The notes under the pieces: generated by a model | The model's database searches: none | Seen by the model: only the letters and a program-made list of their open reading frames with translations | Told to the model about the DNA's origin: nothing | Made by a program: the position numbers and the translations under genes | Virus record (IMG/VR): IMGVR_UViG_3300042922_000451 | Location: 1 to 53,657 of that record | Length of the DNA stretch: 53,657 nucleotides | Origin: a virus | Taxonomy: Duplodnaviria > Caudoviricetes | Strand: one strand, 5' to 3' | Shown: one piece after another, positions 41,744 through 50,932 of the stretch | How the letters are laid out: each line of letters opens with the position of its first letter | Numbering within the stretch: position 1 is the first letter of the stretch

Positions 41744-42391
41744 TTATTGTTTATTAATATCTTGTATTTCTTTGATAGAAAGAGATTTCCTTCGATCAAA
41801 TATAATAACTGGAGCAGATGATAATCCGCCATTAATATCAGCATCATCCATAATCATAGAATATCCCTGTTTTTCTAACTGCTTAAAGTACGGATCTCTT
41901 AAATCTCGTTGAGACACCAACAAATATGAAAATTTGTTATAAGCTTTTTGTGCTTGTGCTGGATCATCGAGTTTATTAAGTCTATTTTTTGGCATGAATA
42001 ATATTGGATTTCTCGTGGCCTTAATCATAGCATCTCTTGCTTTTGGATTGGAATCCATTAATTTTATAAACTCATCAACTCTCTTTTTTTCAGATGGGGA
42101 GATAATATTATGTTTAGCCTTAAACGTCATATCAACATAATTATTTCCACCACCAAACATTTTAGCGAAGTTTTTATATTGTTTAACATCCTCTGGTTTA
42201 AATGAAGCATAAGCATGACCAGAATATGTTTTTTCTTTTTCAAGCCAAGATTTTGGTATGACACGATGAATTTCAGATCCTTTTTTAATCATAATTTCGT
42301 CGGAGGAATGTTCTTTTTTACGAACACCCCATTTCATACCTTTAACACCGACATGAGCTATAAAATATTCATTATTGTTAATTATGATCAC
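41744..42391 (-). CDS. HxGxxGMKWG-motif protein, possible ADP-ribosyltransferase-like fold
   Basis: IAHVGVKGMKWGVRK N-terminus; IHR, YAS, GYSMIMD, PVIIFD; fold call tentative. Confidence 0.6.
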   Translation of the reverse strand: MIIINNNEYFIAHVGVKGMKWGVRKKEHSSDEIMIKKGSEIHRVIPKSWLEKEKTYSGHAYASFKPEDVKQYKNFAKMFGGGNNYVDMTFKAKHNIISPSEKKRVDEFIKLMDSNPKARDAMIKATRNPILFMPKNRLNKLDDPAQAQKAYNKFSYLLVSQRDLRDPYFKQLEKQGYSMIMDDADINGGLSSAPVIIFDRRKSLSIKEIQDINKQ

Positions 42392-42393
42392 CC

Positions 42394-44139
42394 CTATTCA
42401 AAAGAATCTTTATTCAATTTATAAGCTACATACGCATCCATCAATGCTGATACACTATCTATTTTTCTATCACGGCGGCCTTTATACAGTTTTCTGTTTC
42501 CATTAGTATCTTCTAATGTTATAGAATTACCCATACAAAATGACATAAGTTCTTCATAAAATATAAGCATTCTTTCTTCGGCTAGTGTTTTGATTTCACC
42601 TAATGGAACTGATTCTGTTTTAGCTCCTTGTATTACTTTATCTACTCCATATGGACCATTCTCACTCACCCAACGATCAACGAACTCTTTTGCGTTGTAT
42701 GGATCAAACCCAAAACTCATTACATCATATTGTTCGTTTAATATGAAGTTGTCTAAATCATCATACACCTCATTGCTATCTAAAACTGTTCCCGGTAACA
42801 CTATTAGACTACCTTCATTTATAAAATTCTCATATTTAGAACGCATTGCTCCCGGTAATTTCTTTAAGGTTAATTCTGTAATATAACATCTAGCTTTAAC
42901 CCCAAATGAGCCATTACTCAATGGAAATAAAAAAGTAAATGCCCAGAAATCATCACCCTGTGATGCGTCCATCCCAAGTGAACATGACATAGACCAGAAT
43001 TTTCTTTTTCGATGGGCTTGAGTTTCTTCGTACGTAAAGAAATAAGTGTATCCTTCCATTGGAAGACCAAAACGTTTTGCTAAAATGTCGTTTCTAGTAG
43101 CTGGAGCTTTTTCAGCTCTTTCAACATCTAATTGATATACTTCATATGAAACAGTTTTATCAATATTTGGTTGGGCTTTAGGCCATGTGGAAGGGTCAGC
43201 TATTTCTTTAATATCATCTAGTTTATACCACCAAATAGAAACATGTGGATTTATGTATTCACCTTTTAAAATATCCATCAATTCCATTTTAATTGTATCG
43301 CCGCTACCATTTCTAACTGTTCCTTCGGAACTTACTGCTATTATTAGATAATCATCTAATTTAGAAGCGCCTTGCTCTATTGCACCTATCACATCTTCTC
43401 GAACATCTCCAGATAACCATTCGTCAACAGTGGATACTTTTGGTCTATATCCTTGTAATTTATCAATCGTCATTGGTAACACTTCTATTACAGAATTAGT
43501 TAAGAAGTTGACAATTCCTTTTTTTGTTTTAGCTAATTTAACACGATTCATTAACGAGCCAGTTGTATTTTGTAGTGAACCTTCCGTTAAAAATTGAAAT
43601 AATGGACCTCTAGCTCTAGTTATGGCAGTCGTGATTGGGGCTATAACTTCATTGGCTTGTTTCATTGTTGGAGCAGTTGTTAATTGAAAAGTAGTACTTG
43701 TATCCACGTTTTGAAAATACGATTGTATAAAAGATAAATATAGCGACTTAGCAGCGCCTCTTCCGACAATTAAGTATTGTTTTGTTATTAGACGTTTTTT
43801 AATTCTTTTACGTACGTATCTTCCTCCATGATTATTTGGAGATGGTTCATATACACTACGTTCCACATAATAGTACCAACCAAATATTTGTTCAGACCAA
43901 AGTTTAAAGGTGTCAAGTAGTGTTAAATCTGAGCCATCGGTAAGAGTTAATTCGCTCTCACAATATTTTATAAAGCCTTCAACAACTTCATCATCATAAT
44001 ATATACCAGGATTGGCTATTAAATCGTCTATACGATTCATCTCCATGGATACTTCTTTACAAACTGGTATATCTCCTCTTATAACTGCATCGCGAAACTC
44101 TCCATAATATTTAGGTACTGCTGTATTTGATAATGCCAT
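42394..44139 (-). CDS. terL: Terminase large subunit
   Basis: Walker A VGRGAAKS, Walker B VDE, nuclease GMDAS..DD, FDPYNA, KIDSVSA. Confidence 0.95.
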   Translation of the reverse strand: MALSNTAVPKYYGEFRDAVIRGDIPVCKEVSMEMNRIDDLIANPGIYYDDEVVEGFIKYCESELTLTDGSDLTLLDTFKLWSEQIFGWYYYVERSVYEPSPNNHGGRYVRKRIKKRLITKQYLIVGRGAAKSLYLSFIQSYFQNVDTSTTFQLTTAPTMKQANEVIAPITTAITRARGPLFQFLTEGSLQNTTGSLMNRVKLAKTKKGIVNFLTNSVIEVLPMTIDKLQGYRPKVSTVDEWLSGDVREDVIGAIEQGASKLDDYLIIAVSSEGTVRNGSGDTIKMELMDILKGEYINPHVSIWWYKLDDIKEIADPSTWPKAQPNIDKTVSYEVYQLDVERAEKAPATRNDILAKRFGLPMEGYTYFFTYEETQAHRKRKFWSMSCSLGMDASQGDDFWAFTFLFPLSNGSFGVKARCYITELTLKKLPGAMRSKYENFINEGSLIVLPGTVLDSNEVYDDLDNFILNEQYDVMSFGFDPYNAKEFVDRWVSENGPYGVDKVIQGAKTESVPLGEIKTLAEERMLIFYEELMSFCMGNSITLEDTNGNRKLYKGRRDRKIDSVSALMDAYVAYKLNKDSFE

Positions 44140-44149
44140 ATTATATCCC

Positions 44150-44473
44150 TCATTTGACTACTTTAAAAAGCTGATCTAATTCTTTAGTAGCATATTTTGT
44201 AATGTAGTTAGCCGCTACTTGTTTCGCAGTGCTGGTTAACAAATCATTAACAAATTTTTTCCCAGGATTAATTTCTGATTGAGTTAATTGTTTATACTGT
44301 CGTTCTAACTGTAATCGTTCATTAAATGATTTTAATTCAGCATTGGTCATCTCATTTATTTTTTTACCTTTTAAACTAACTTTTTTATTATGATCATCAC
44401 TGGTTCTAACTTTTTTACGTCCCCATTTCATTCCTAAAATTCCAACATGTTCTAAAAATTCATTGTCATTCAA
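44150..44473 (-). CDS. HxGxxGMKWG-motif basic protein
   Basis: FLEHVGILGMKWG; MTNAELK..NERLQLE.QY; TTG start after GGAGG. Confidence 0.7.
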   Translation of the reverse strand: MNDNEFLEHVGILGMKWGRKKVRTSDDHNKKVSLKGKKINEMTNAELKSFNERLQLERQYKQLTQSEINPGKKFVNDLLTSTAKQVAANYITKYATKELDQLFKVVK

Positions 44474-44474
44474 T

Positions 44475-44825
44475 TTATACACCTCCTTCCACTGTTTGTG
44501 TACTCTGTGCATTAATTCTCCATTCTGCTTCGATTATTTGTCTTTCTATCGATTTTATTAGAGATTCATTTGTTGGGGGGTCAAATAATAAACGAACTTT
44601 TAGATATACGTATGTTTTTACAGCTGATAAATCTTTTCTATCACCAAATAAATCTGTCCATGTTTCTTCTTCACCTGTTATTTCAAAACCATCTGATGGA
44701 CCTACTCCTAGTTGATTTAAAGATAACATAACTGAATTTATAAATAATATTATATCTGGATCAAATTGTGTGAAATCTTGTTCATACCCTAATAATTTTT
44801 TGGTTGATATAAGTATACTATTCAT
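44475..44825 (-). CDS. Putative head-tail connector protein
   Basis: SIL.STKKLLG..FD.DII..IN..L.QLGVG...FDPP..EWRI. Confidence 0.6.
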   Translation of the reverse strand: MNSILISTKKLLGYEQDFTQFDPDIILFINSVMLSLNQLGVGPSDGFEITGEEETWTDLFGDRKDLSAVKTYVYLKVRLLFDPPTNESLIKSIERQIIEAEWRINAQSTQTVEGGV

Positions 44826-45138
44826 GAAGGTCAAGTTCTGTCACCTCCTTTATATAGATTCTCATAACATAACCACTTATATTATTTGTATGAATATACG
44901 CCCATTCGGAATCTACATTTTGATTCGAATGTAATTCTATTATAGTATCTTTATTTAAAACACCTAAAACTTCAGAATTTTTATCTTGAGATTTTCTTAT
45001 ATTTAATTTTGTGGCAACAACTATTGCCTTTGATAATATTTTAGGTGGATTAATTTTGTCAGCAGTGGTCGTAATTTGTTCATCCATAATACTAATTGTT
45101 GGTTTATTTCGTGTATGCATCTTATTATATTCTTTCAT
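44818..45138 (-). CDS. Bacterial SH3-domain protein
   Basis: LNIR......SEVLGVL...EW..I....GYV...YI. Confidence 0.8.
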   Translation of the reverse strand: MKEYNKMHTRNKPTISIMDEQITTTADKINPPKILSKAIVVATKLNIRKSQDKNSEVLGVLNKDTIIELHSNQNVDSEWAYIHTNNISGYVMRIYIKEVTELDLHE

Positions 45139-45142
45139 ATTA

Positions 45143-45559
45143 TCACCTCCATGGACAAGTATCATTAGGTTTTCGTTCTACAGGCATTTTGAATAATAGC
45201 GATTCATTACTAAAATGTATAGCCTTATGAGTATTATCAGAACTGCTTATTAAAAATTCATGATTAAAAACTATTGGACTTTCATTTTCTATATCTTCTA
45301 TAGTTATTGGATTCATATGATGAACGAATATACTACCATAAATTTCAAAATCTATAAGTCCAAGATCACAAGCATTATCACGTATAATAATATCGTCTCT
45401 TATTTTCTTCCATTTTCTAGAATTATATAATAATTGATTTAAATATCTATCAAATCCAAAAGTACTTTCTCCAACAGTTCCACCTAAACGCAGATAATTA
45501 TATCGTTCTTCGAAAGTTTTAAATTTTATTAATTCAGTATAAGTTCTAATCTTCATCAT
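45143..45559 (-). CDS. HNH endonuclease (packaging-associated)
   Basis: W...R..IIIRD..CD, VHHMNP, TH.AIH; located among the terminase genes. Confidence 0.8.
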   Translation of the reverse strand: MMKIRTYTELIKFKTFEERYNYLRLGGTVGESTFGFDRYLNQLLYNSRKWKKIRDDIIIRDNACDLGLIDFEIYGSIFVHHMNPITIEDIENESPIVFNHEFLISSSDNTHKAIHFSNESLLFKMPVERKPNDTCPWR

Positions 45560-45884
45560 TGGAATCTCCTTTACCACTATAAGATTTCATGGCATTTAGA
45601 GCATTCTTATATAATTCTTCGACTCGCTTCTGTGAAGCAATTGCTTCGGTTTTGGCTTTTAGAAGTTTATTTTCCTGTTCGAGTTTTTCTATTTCTTTTC
45701 TTTCTCTAGTAGACGCCAATTTTAAATAATGTGCTAGTACTTGAGAAGATGCTGTTCCTTCAGAAAGTTGTTTTTCAGCCAAATCGACAGCAAGAGTTAT
45801 TAATTGATTTTCACGTGCTTCAGGAGTTAAAGCTGGAGGACGACGTCTTTTTGGAGATTCTTCTTTCTTACTAGTTGACATCAT
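45546..45884 (-). CDS. Putative terminase small subunit
   Basis: Helical protein ahead of HNH/terL near the candidate cos site; function inferred from position. Confidence 0.55.
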   Translation of the reverse strand: MMSTSKKEESPKRRRPPALTPEARENQLITLAVDLAEKQLSEGTASSQVLAHYLKLASTRERKEIEKLEQENKLLKAKTEAIASQKRVEELYKNALNAMKSYSGKGDSNDED

Positions 45885-45894
45885 TTTCTCCTTT

Positions 45895-46512
45895 CTAAAA
45901 TTGTTCCGCTTTAGATAGAACTGATTTTGCGTAATAACTTATATTGCCTTCACGATATAATTTGAATGCTGAGTCATGATTCATATTATATAACATGAGA
46001 ACTAATTTTATATCTTTATACTGATTCATTAATTCGGATAAATAGTCGACACCTAATAATATATTTCCATATGGGTCATAAAAATTTGTAACTCCTAATT
46101 TAGACGCTCTGTCTTTATGCCATCGCATACTTATTTGCATTAATCCAACACAATCTCCATTTGTTGTATTTGGATTATATGTGGATTCATGAAAGATTAC
46201 ACTTTTAACTAGAGCTTGTCCCACATTAGAATAGCGTGTGCAAATATCGTCAACATATGAATTGATTTCTTCATATGGGTCTTTAACGATTTCAATTTTA
46301 GGTTGAGTCGCTTCAGGGATTTCAATTTTAGGTTGAACCACCTCAGGGATTACTATCTCCTCTACAATTATATTTTCATTGTCTACTATTTGTATGTATT
46401 CGATAGTATTATTATCAGTTGACATGACTTTAACCTCCTGAAAATTAATTAGCATAAAAATCAAATTAAGTATTAATAGACTTTTAAATATTTTCATCTT
46501 TGATAAGGACAT
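45895..46512 (-). CDS. Lytic transglycosylase (SLT domain) with N-terminal signal/TM
   Basis: VIFHES, GLMQI, DPYGNILLG..YL, LYN; 10-aa tandem repeat IPE..QPKIE. Confidence 0.9.
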   Translation of the reverse strand: MSLSKMKIFKSLLILNLIFMLINFQEVKVMSTDNNTIEYIQIVDNENIIVEEIVIPEVVQPKIEIPEATQPKIEIVKDPYEEINSYVDDICTRYSNVGQALVKSVIFHESTYNPNTTNGDCVGLMQISMRWHKDRASKLGVTNFYDPYGNILLGVDYLSELMNQYKDIKLVLMLYNMNHDSAFKLYREGNISYYAKSVLSKAEQF

Positions 46513-46538
46513 ATTATCACCCCTTTTCGTATAGTTTT

Positions 46539-46649
46539 TGAGTGCTTTTACATATGGAGTCGGGTCTTTATAGATAAACTTGAAAGGAGAACAGGATCAC
46601 CACAACCTGTTTGGAAGTAAAGACCCGGCACCATATGTAAAAGCACTCA
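46539..46649. repeat. 32-bp inverted repeat enclosing a 47-nt loop with an inner hairpin
   Basis: Arms 46539-46570 and 46618-46649 are 30/32 complementary; inner AACAGG/CCTGTT. Confidence 0.9.
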
Positions 46650-46678
46650 GAAAAATGACCTCCGGAGAATTTTTTAGG

Positions 46679-46687
46679 AGGCACGCG
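46679..46687 (-). other. Candidate cos site (CGCGTGCCT)
   Basis: GC-rich island in the gap upstream of the packaging genes; resembles, from recall, the 9-nt CGC...CT 3' overhangs of actinophages with this gene order. Confidence 0.5.
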
Positions 46688-46746
46688 ATAGAGATGGGGG
46701 GTCTTTTCTGCGAGACCCTCCCCCTATACCATAAACAATTATAAAA

Positions 46747-46983
46747 TTAATCTTTAGATACTTTTCTGTAGATTCCAATAATATTGAATTTAACTATTTC
46801 ATCAATAGCCAACTCAATAGCAAGTTCTTCGTCTTCTTGACTTAACTCATCAGATGTCTTAGTTATCCTGGCAAGATACGAACAAGTATTATATCCTTTA
46901 TTTGTATCATACGCATACCATTCATCGAATTGAATGAATGGATTAAATGGATTGTCAATAGTTGTCAGCATTGATTGTTTCAT
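46747..46983 (-). CDS. Small hypothetical protein coupled to the RNAP gene
   Basis: MLTTIDNPFNPF.QFDEW..YD..KGY.T..YLAR; GAAAGGAG RBS. Confidence 0.75.
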   Translation of the reverse strand: MKQSMLTTIDNPFNPFIQFDEWYAYDTNKGYNTCSYLARITKTSDELSQEDEELAIELAIDEIVKFNIIGIYRKVSKD

Positions 46984-46988
46984 TAAAC

Positions 46989-49823
46989 TCAACTCCTTTC
47001 AAATATTTTAGCTATAGTACTTGTAGATACACCTAAAGCATCTGCAATCTCAGCTTGCGTATACCCAGCTTCAACCATCATTTTAGCTTTTTGTTGTTTA
47101 CCATCACTAACACCTTTATTAGTTCTAGGTGTAGCTAATTGTTTAACTTTATCAAGGTCAGTGTTACTAAGTATTTGTGTTAGAATGTTGGTACTAACAG
47201 CTCCAGCTTGTATAGCTTCCCATTCTTTATCAGAGATAGTCACTAATGTTTTTTTAGCATCAACTCTAGTACGAGCTTCTGCCATAGCTTGACCTCTTAT
47301 CTTTTTTAAATCTTCTTTAGTCATATTAGGATTAGCTGATTTTTTCATTGATACTATAGTATTACCTATAATTTGCGCTTGTCTTTCTAAAGGCGCATTC
47401 TTTAAAGCTATGTTCAAACTGGCTTTTAACGAATTAACTTCTGATTCGTATACTTGTTTAGCTGAAGGTGAATAGGGTACATACTGTGTAGTAATAGATG
47501 CTTTTCTAGCTTCATTAGCTAGACTTTTTAATTTATTAGCATGTTGAGCATACACTGTTTCCATAGGGGTACCAGATGATAATTCAAAGGCATCTTGTGC
47601 CTCAGCCATTTTAGTTGACGATATAGTACGGGGTTGTTCTTTTCCTTTCGCATCGATATATGTTTCATTTGTATATGTGTATATTTTTTTACCTGTCTTT
47701 GGATCTATTGTTTCTTTTCTTACGCCAACTCTTTCATCAGAAGACGCTTTTGATATTAATGTAGAAGATCCACTTCGTTCACTACCTTGATATCTTTTCT
47801 TTAATTCAGCAATCCCATTGTCTATATAGGACTGCTTATAATTAAGATTGTGTTTTTCAGAATCGATAACCACCATTGAATGTCTAACAGCTGCGGCTAT
47901 TTCATCATCGTTTGCTCCTTTTATGGTCATGTCGGTTATAAGATTAGATACATCCCCCATTTTCATTTGCTTAGTTCTAGGACTTATTTTAGTCATACCT
48001 TCATATGCTGGGTACGAAATTTTAGGATCAAAATTAGCAAGACCCTTTAATGGAGATGATACTTTTATTTCTCCTTTTGGATTAGGAATTACTAATACTG
48101 TATCGCCGTCAGCATCGGCACCTGATAATGTTTGAAAAGTTTTAGGATGTATTCCGATTGCATCTTTAGCATTTTTAAATAGATTATTTCCAGTTTTATT
48201 TTTATTATTTACAGTAAGTTGAGGTATTTCAAATATACCTCCATGTGGATATCTAATCAAAACTACAGTTTCACCATTTCTATAATTTGGTGCGTATACT
48301 TCATTTTTTTTGATATCTACAATTGGAAGCAATACATGTGCTGCTTGTCGTGGAAGGGCAGCTGCTTTTAGATGAACTGATGATGAATCGCAATCATCAG
48401 CGAAGGAATCAAGTAATCTTTTTTTAACAGCTGGATTAGTTAAGGACATTATCTCATCAAATTCTTCTTTCTTAATATCAAATGCTAACCCTAACTGTTT
48501 TTTAGCTAGTGCTGGAGTTTGTTTGGAAAGCATCTGTGAAGATAATGTTTTAGACCATTTACCCCAATCTCCTTCTTCGTTTACTATATTTAATGATGAT
48601 AGTTTTTTATCACCATTAGAATCTATATAATGTTTTTGCCTGACACTAGCTCCGAATGGATTATCAGGATCTGGTTTTATAGAACCATCACTTACTCCTT
48701 TTTTAATCAAATCATCTTTTTCATCTTTGGATATATTTAATTCTAGAATCGATTTAACTTTAGGATCAGTCATATCTGCAGCCATAGTTTTAAATACTTT
48801 ACTTTTATCTGTTCCTAATTTCTTATTTGTATTATATATCATGTCAACTCCATCAGGCATGTTATCCGCATATATGGCCATACCTTTCATATAATGACGG
48901 TCATCAACGCCTATACGAACTTGTGCATATTTAGCGTTACCTAAAGATATATCATCAACACCTCTTCTTAATTCAACAACTCCATCTTTATCGACTCCAC
49001 CATCGTCGGCATATCTAATCATAACTCTTTTAGAATCAACACTTCTTATTGGTTCTAAACCCAAAACAGACCTTCCACCATCTTCTGAGTAGTCAGTTAT
49101 AAGTTTAACATTATTTTTATTTTTATATACATCAGAAAAGGAATCTTTTATTAAAGATTTTACATCATCCTCACTTATTCCTAATTCTTTAGATATATCA
49201 GATTCGGACATTTTTTTATTAAATAGTTTTATAACTTCAGTTGCTTCTTTTGTTTTCGGTTTAGATAACACCATTACTGTTGTATTTTTCCCTGTTCCTA
49301 ATTGTTCCACTTGAGTATATGTTACTAAATATCCTTCTTCCTCCAACATGGCTATCGATGTTTTTAATTTATTTCTAGGTATTCCAATATGTCTTTCTAC
49401 ACCAATACCAACATCAATATAACCTTTTTTTTCAACATTTTCTTTTAACATATTAGCAATCGTATCAGTTATTTCAGAACGTTCTTTAAGAGCAGGATCT
49501 AATAACGCCCTTACTGATGATTCATTAATTCCCATTCTTTCACCAATAGCAACATTTGAATATCCTTTATCTTTCAGTCTAAGAGCTTCTGCTAAATCAG
49601 CTTTTCTTTGTTCAGCTTTAGCTATAGATTTTTTATTTCTAAGTTGAGATGTTGTCATACCCATACCTTTTGCTATTTCAACTTCACTAATACCTTTTTT
49701 TCTTAAATCATCAACATAGCCTAAAAAACTTTTATTTCTTTGTTCTGGACTATCGCCCGACCCCCATGGATATCTACCAGAGTGACGAGGAGTTCCATAG
49801 TGGAGTATAATGTTATTAGCCAT
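46989..49823 (-). CDS. Putative single-chain two-barrel (DPBB) DNA-dependent RNA polymerase with flanking HTH domains
   Basis: YMKGM, LIRYPH, and LSGADADGDTV (DxDGD at 48102-48116); HTH-like segments GYSNVAIGERMGINESSVR and GYTQAEIADALGVSTSTI. Confidence 0.75.
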   Translation of the reverse strand: MANNIILHYGTPRHSGRYPWGSGDSPEQRNKSFLGYVDDLRKKGISEVEIAKGMGMTTSQLRNKKSIAKAEQRKADLAEALRLKDKGYSNVAIGERMGINESSVRALLDPALKERSEITDTIANMLKENVEKKGYIDVGIGVERHIGIPRNKLKTSIAMLEEEGYLVTYTQVEQLGTGKNTTVMVLSKPKTKEATEVIKLFNKKMSESDISKELGISEDDVKSLIKDSFSDVYKNKNNVKLITDYSEDGGRSVLGLEPIRSVDSKRVMIRYADDGGVDKDGVVELRRGVDDISLGNAKYAQVRIGVDDRHYMKGMAIYADNMPDGVDMIYNTNKKLGTDKSKVFKTMAADMTDPKVKSILELNISKDEKDDLIKKGVSDGSIKPDPDNPFGASVRQKHYIDSNGDKKLSSLNIVNEEGDWGKWSKTLSSQMLSKQTPALAKKQLGLAFDIKKEEFDEIMSLTNPAVKKRLLDSFADDCDSSSVHLKAAALPRQAAHVLLPIVDIKKNEVYAPNYRNGETVVLIRYPHGGIFEIPQLTVNNKNKTGNNLFKNAKDAIGIHPKTFQTLSGADADGDTVLVIPNPKGEIKVSSPLKGLANFDPKISYPAYEGMTKISPRTKQMKMGDVSNLITDMTIKGANDDEIAAAVRHSMVVIDSEKHNLNYKQSYIDNGIAELKKRYQGSERSGSSTLISKASSDERVGVRKETIDPKTGKKIYTYTNETYIDAKGKEQPRTISSTKMAEAQDAFELSSGTPMETVYAQHANKLKSLANEARKASITTQYVPYSPSAKQVYESEVNSLKASLNIALKNAPLERQAQIIGNTIVSMKKSANPNMTKEDLKKIRGQAMAEARTRVDAKKTLVTISDKEWEAIQAGAVSTNILTQILSNTDLDKVKQLATPRTNKGVSDGKQQKAKMMVEAGYTQAEIADALGVSTSTIAKIFERS

Positions 49824-49825
49824 GA

Positions 49826-50380
49826 TTATTCCCCCATCTTCATTTTATCTATTTGTCTATCAAATACTATTATCTTATTCATTATATATAATATATCTTC
49901 GACATTAGGATTATATATTTCAACATCATCTAGTTGGTATATTCTTAGCTCTATTTTAATCGAGTTTGGATCTATGTCATATTCTAAACAGAATAGAGCA
50001 GTATATATTTCTAATTGTCGCATCGAAGTCGGACTCTCTCCAGTTTTTAAATCATGAATTCGTAGGAGATTTTGCTTAAAAGAAATAGCATCGGCTGTTC
50101 CGAAACAATTTTCAGAATAATATAATGGTTGTTCTGTTTGCATTTTAAAACCTATGGCATCATTAACATACATATTTAATGTAATTTTACTTTTAGGTAA
50201 TTTAATTCCTAACTTTATTAATTCGGAAGCTAACTCATGTTTTCTAGTTCCTAATTGAGCTGCTCGATATTTATTGAAGGATGTTTCTAATTTTTCTTCA
50301 TCATAGTTAACCCAATGATATTTACTAGCGCTTAGAAACGCATGCAATCCTTCTAACTCGAAATGCTTTTTGAAGTTCAT
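49826..50380 (-). CDS. PD-(D/E)XK RecB/Cas4-like exonuclease
   Basis: LSAS, GT..H, EQPL, GTAD, DLKTG, QLEIY. Confidence 0.8.
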   Translation of the reverse strand: MNFKKHFELEGLHAFLSASKYHWVNYDEEKLETSFNKYRAAQLGTRKHELASELIKLGIKLPKSKITLNMYVNDAIGFKMQTEQPLYYSENCFGTADAISFKQNLLRIHDLKTGESPTSMRQLEIYTALFCLEYDIDPNSIKIELRIYQLDDVEIYNPNVEDILYIMNKIIVFDRQIDKMKMGE

Positions 50381-50642
50381 TTATTATTTCCTCCTTATTT
50401 TCAGGATATATGACACTAGCAAATGACATTTCATCAAGTAAATCTAAATAATATTCTTGATTTGGTTGATATGTAGAATATGCATTCTGTTTACATTCTA
50501 AGGCCGCCCAAGTATTATTAAATAAAATTAATAAATCAGGAAAGCCTTGAATATAATTCGCATCGTTTTTTAAAATGACACAACCTTCAAATATTTCTTT
50601 AAGTTCTTTAATAAGATTGGCTTGAAATTTACTTTCTAACAT
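50325..50642 (-). CDS. VRR-NUC domain nuclease
   Basis: LESKFQ, GFPDL, ALECK, PNQ. Confidence 0.85.
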   Translation of the reverse strand: MLESKFQANLIKELKEIFEGCVILKNDANYIQGFPDLLILFNNTWAALECKQNAYSTYQPNQEYYLDLLDEMSFASVIYPENKEEIINELQKAFRVRRIACVSKR

Positions 50643-50694
50643 CGAGCGACCTCCTTTTTAAAAAATTATAAGACAGGCGTATCCTATCTCTTCT

Positions 50695-50719
50695 ATTATA
50701 GCATACGATTTTCACGCGA
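50695..50719 (-). promoter_or_regulatory. TCGC-box promoter copy 16, upstream of the nuclease-RNAP operon
   Basis: TCGCGTGAAAATCGTATGCTATAAT. Confidence 0.75.
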
Positions 50720-50728
50720 GCATATTAT

Positions 50729-50932
50729 TTAACCATTCATTACTTGTCTAGCATCTCTTAGTCCATCAAATCCCATTTGTTTTAATCTTTTTCCAATTGT
50801 GTACTGACTTACACCCATCGCAATTTGTAAACTAATTGAATTTTTTCCAGAAGATATTTCTTTTAACAATTTCTCATCCAATTCCTTATTCCATATCTTA
50901 TGATTTTTACCTATCCCTGACATTTCCATCAC
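50729..50932 (-). CDS. Small HTH protein
   Basis: W..E.DE.L...MGVSQYTIGKRLKQMG. Confidence 0.65.
   Translation of the reverse strand: MMEMSGIGKNHKIWNKELDEKLLKEISSGKNSISLQIAMGVSQYTIGKRLKQMGFDGLRDARQVMNG

Noticed and set aside
46700-46716. TCGCAGAAAAG as a 17th promoter copy
   Set aside because: No TATAAT at the fixed spacing
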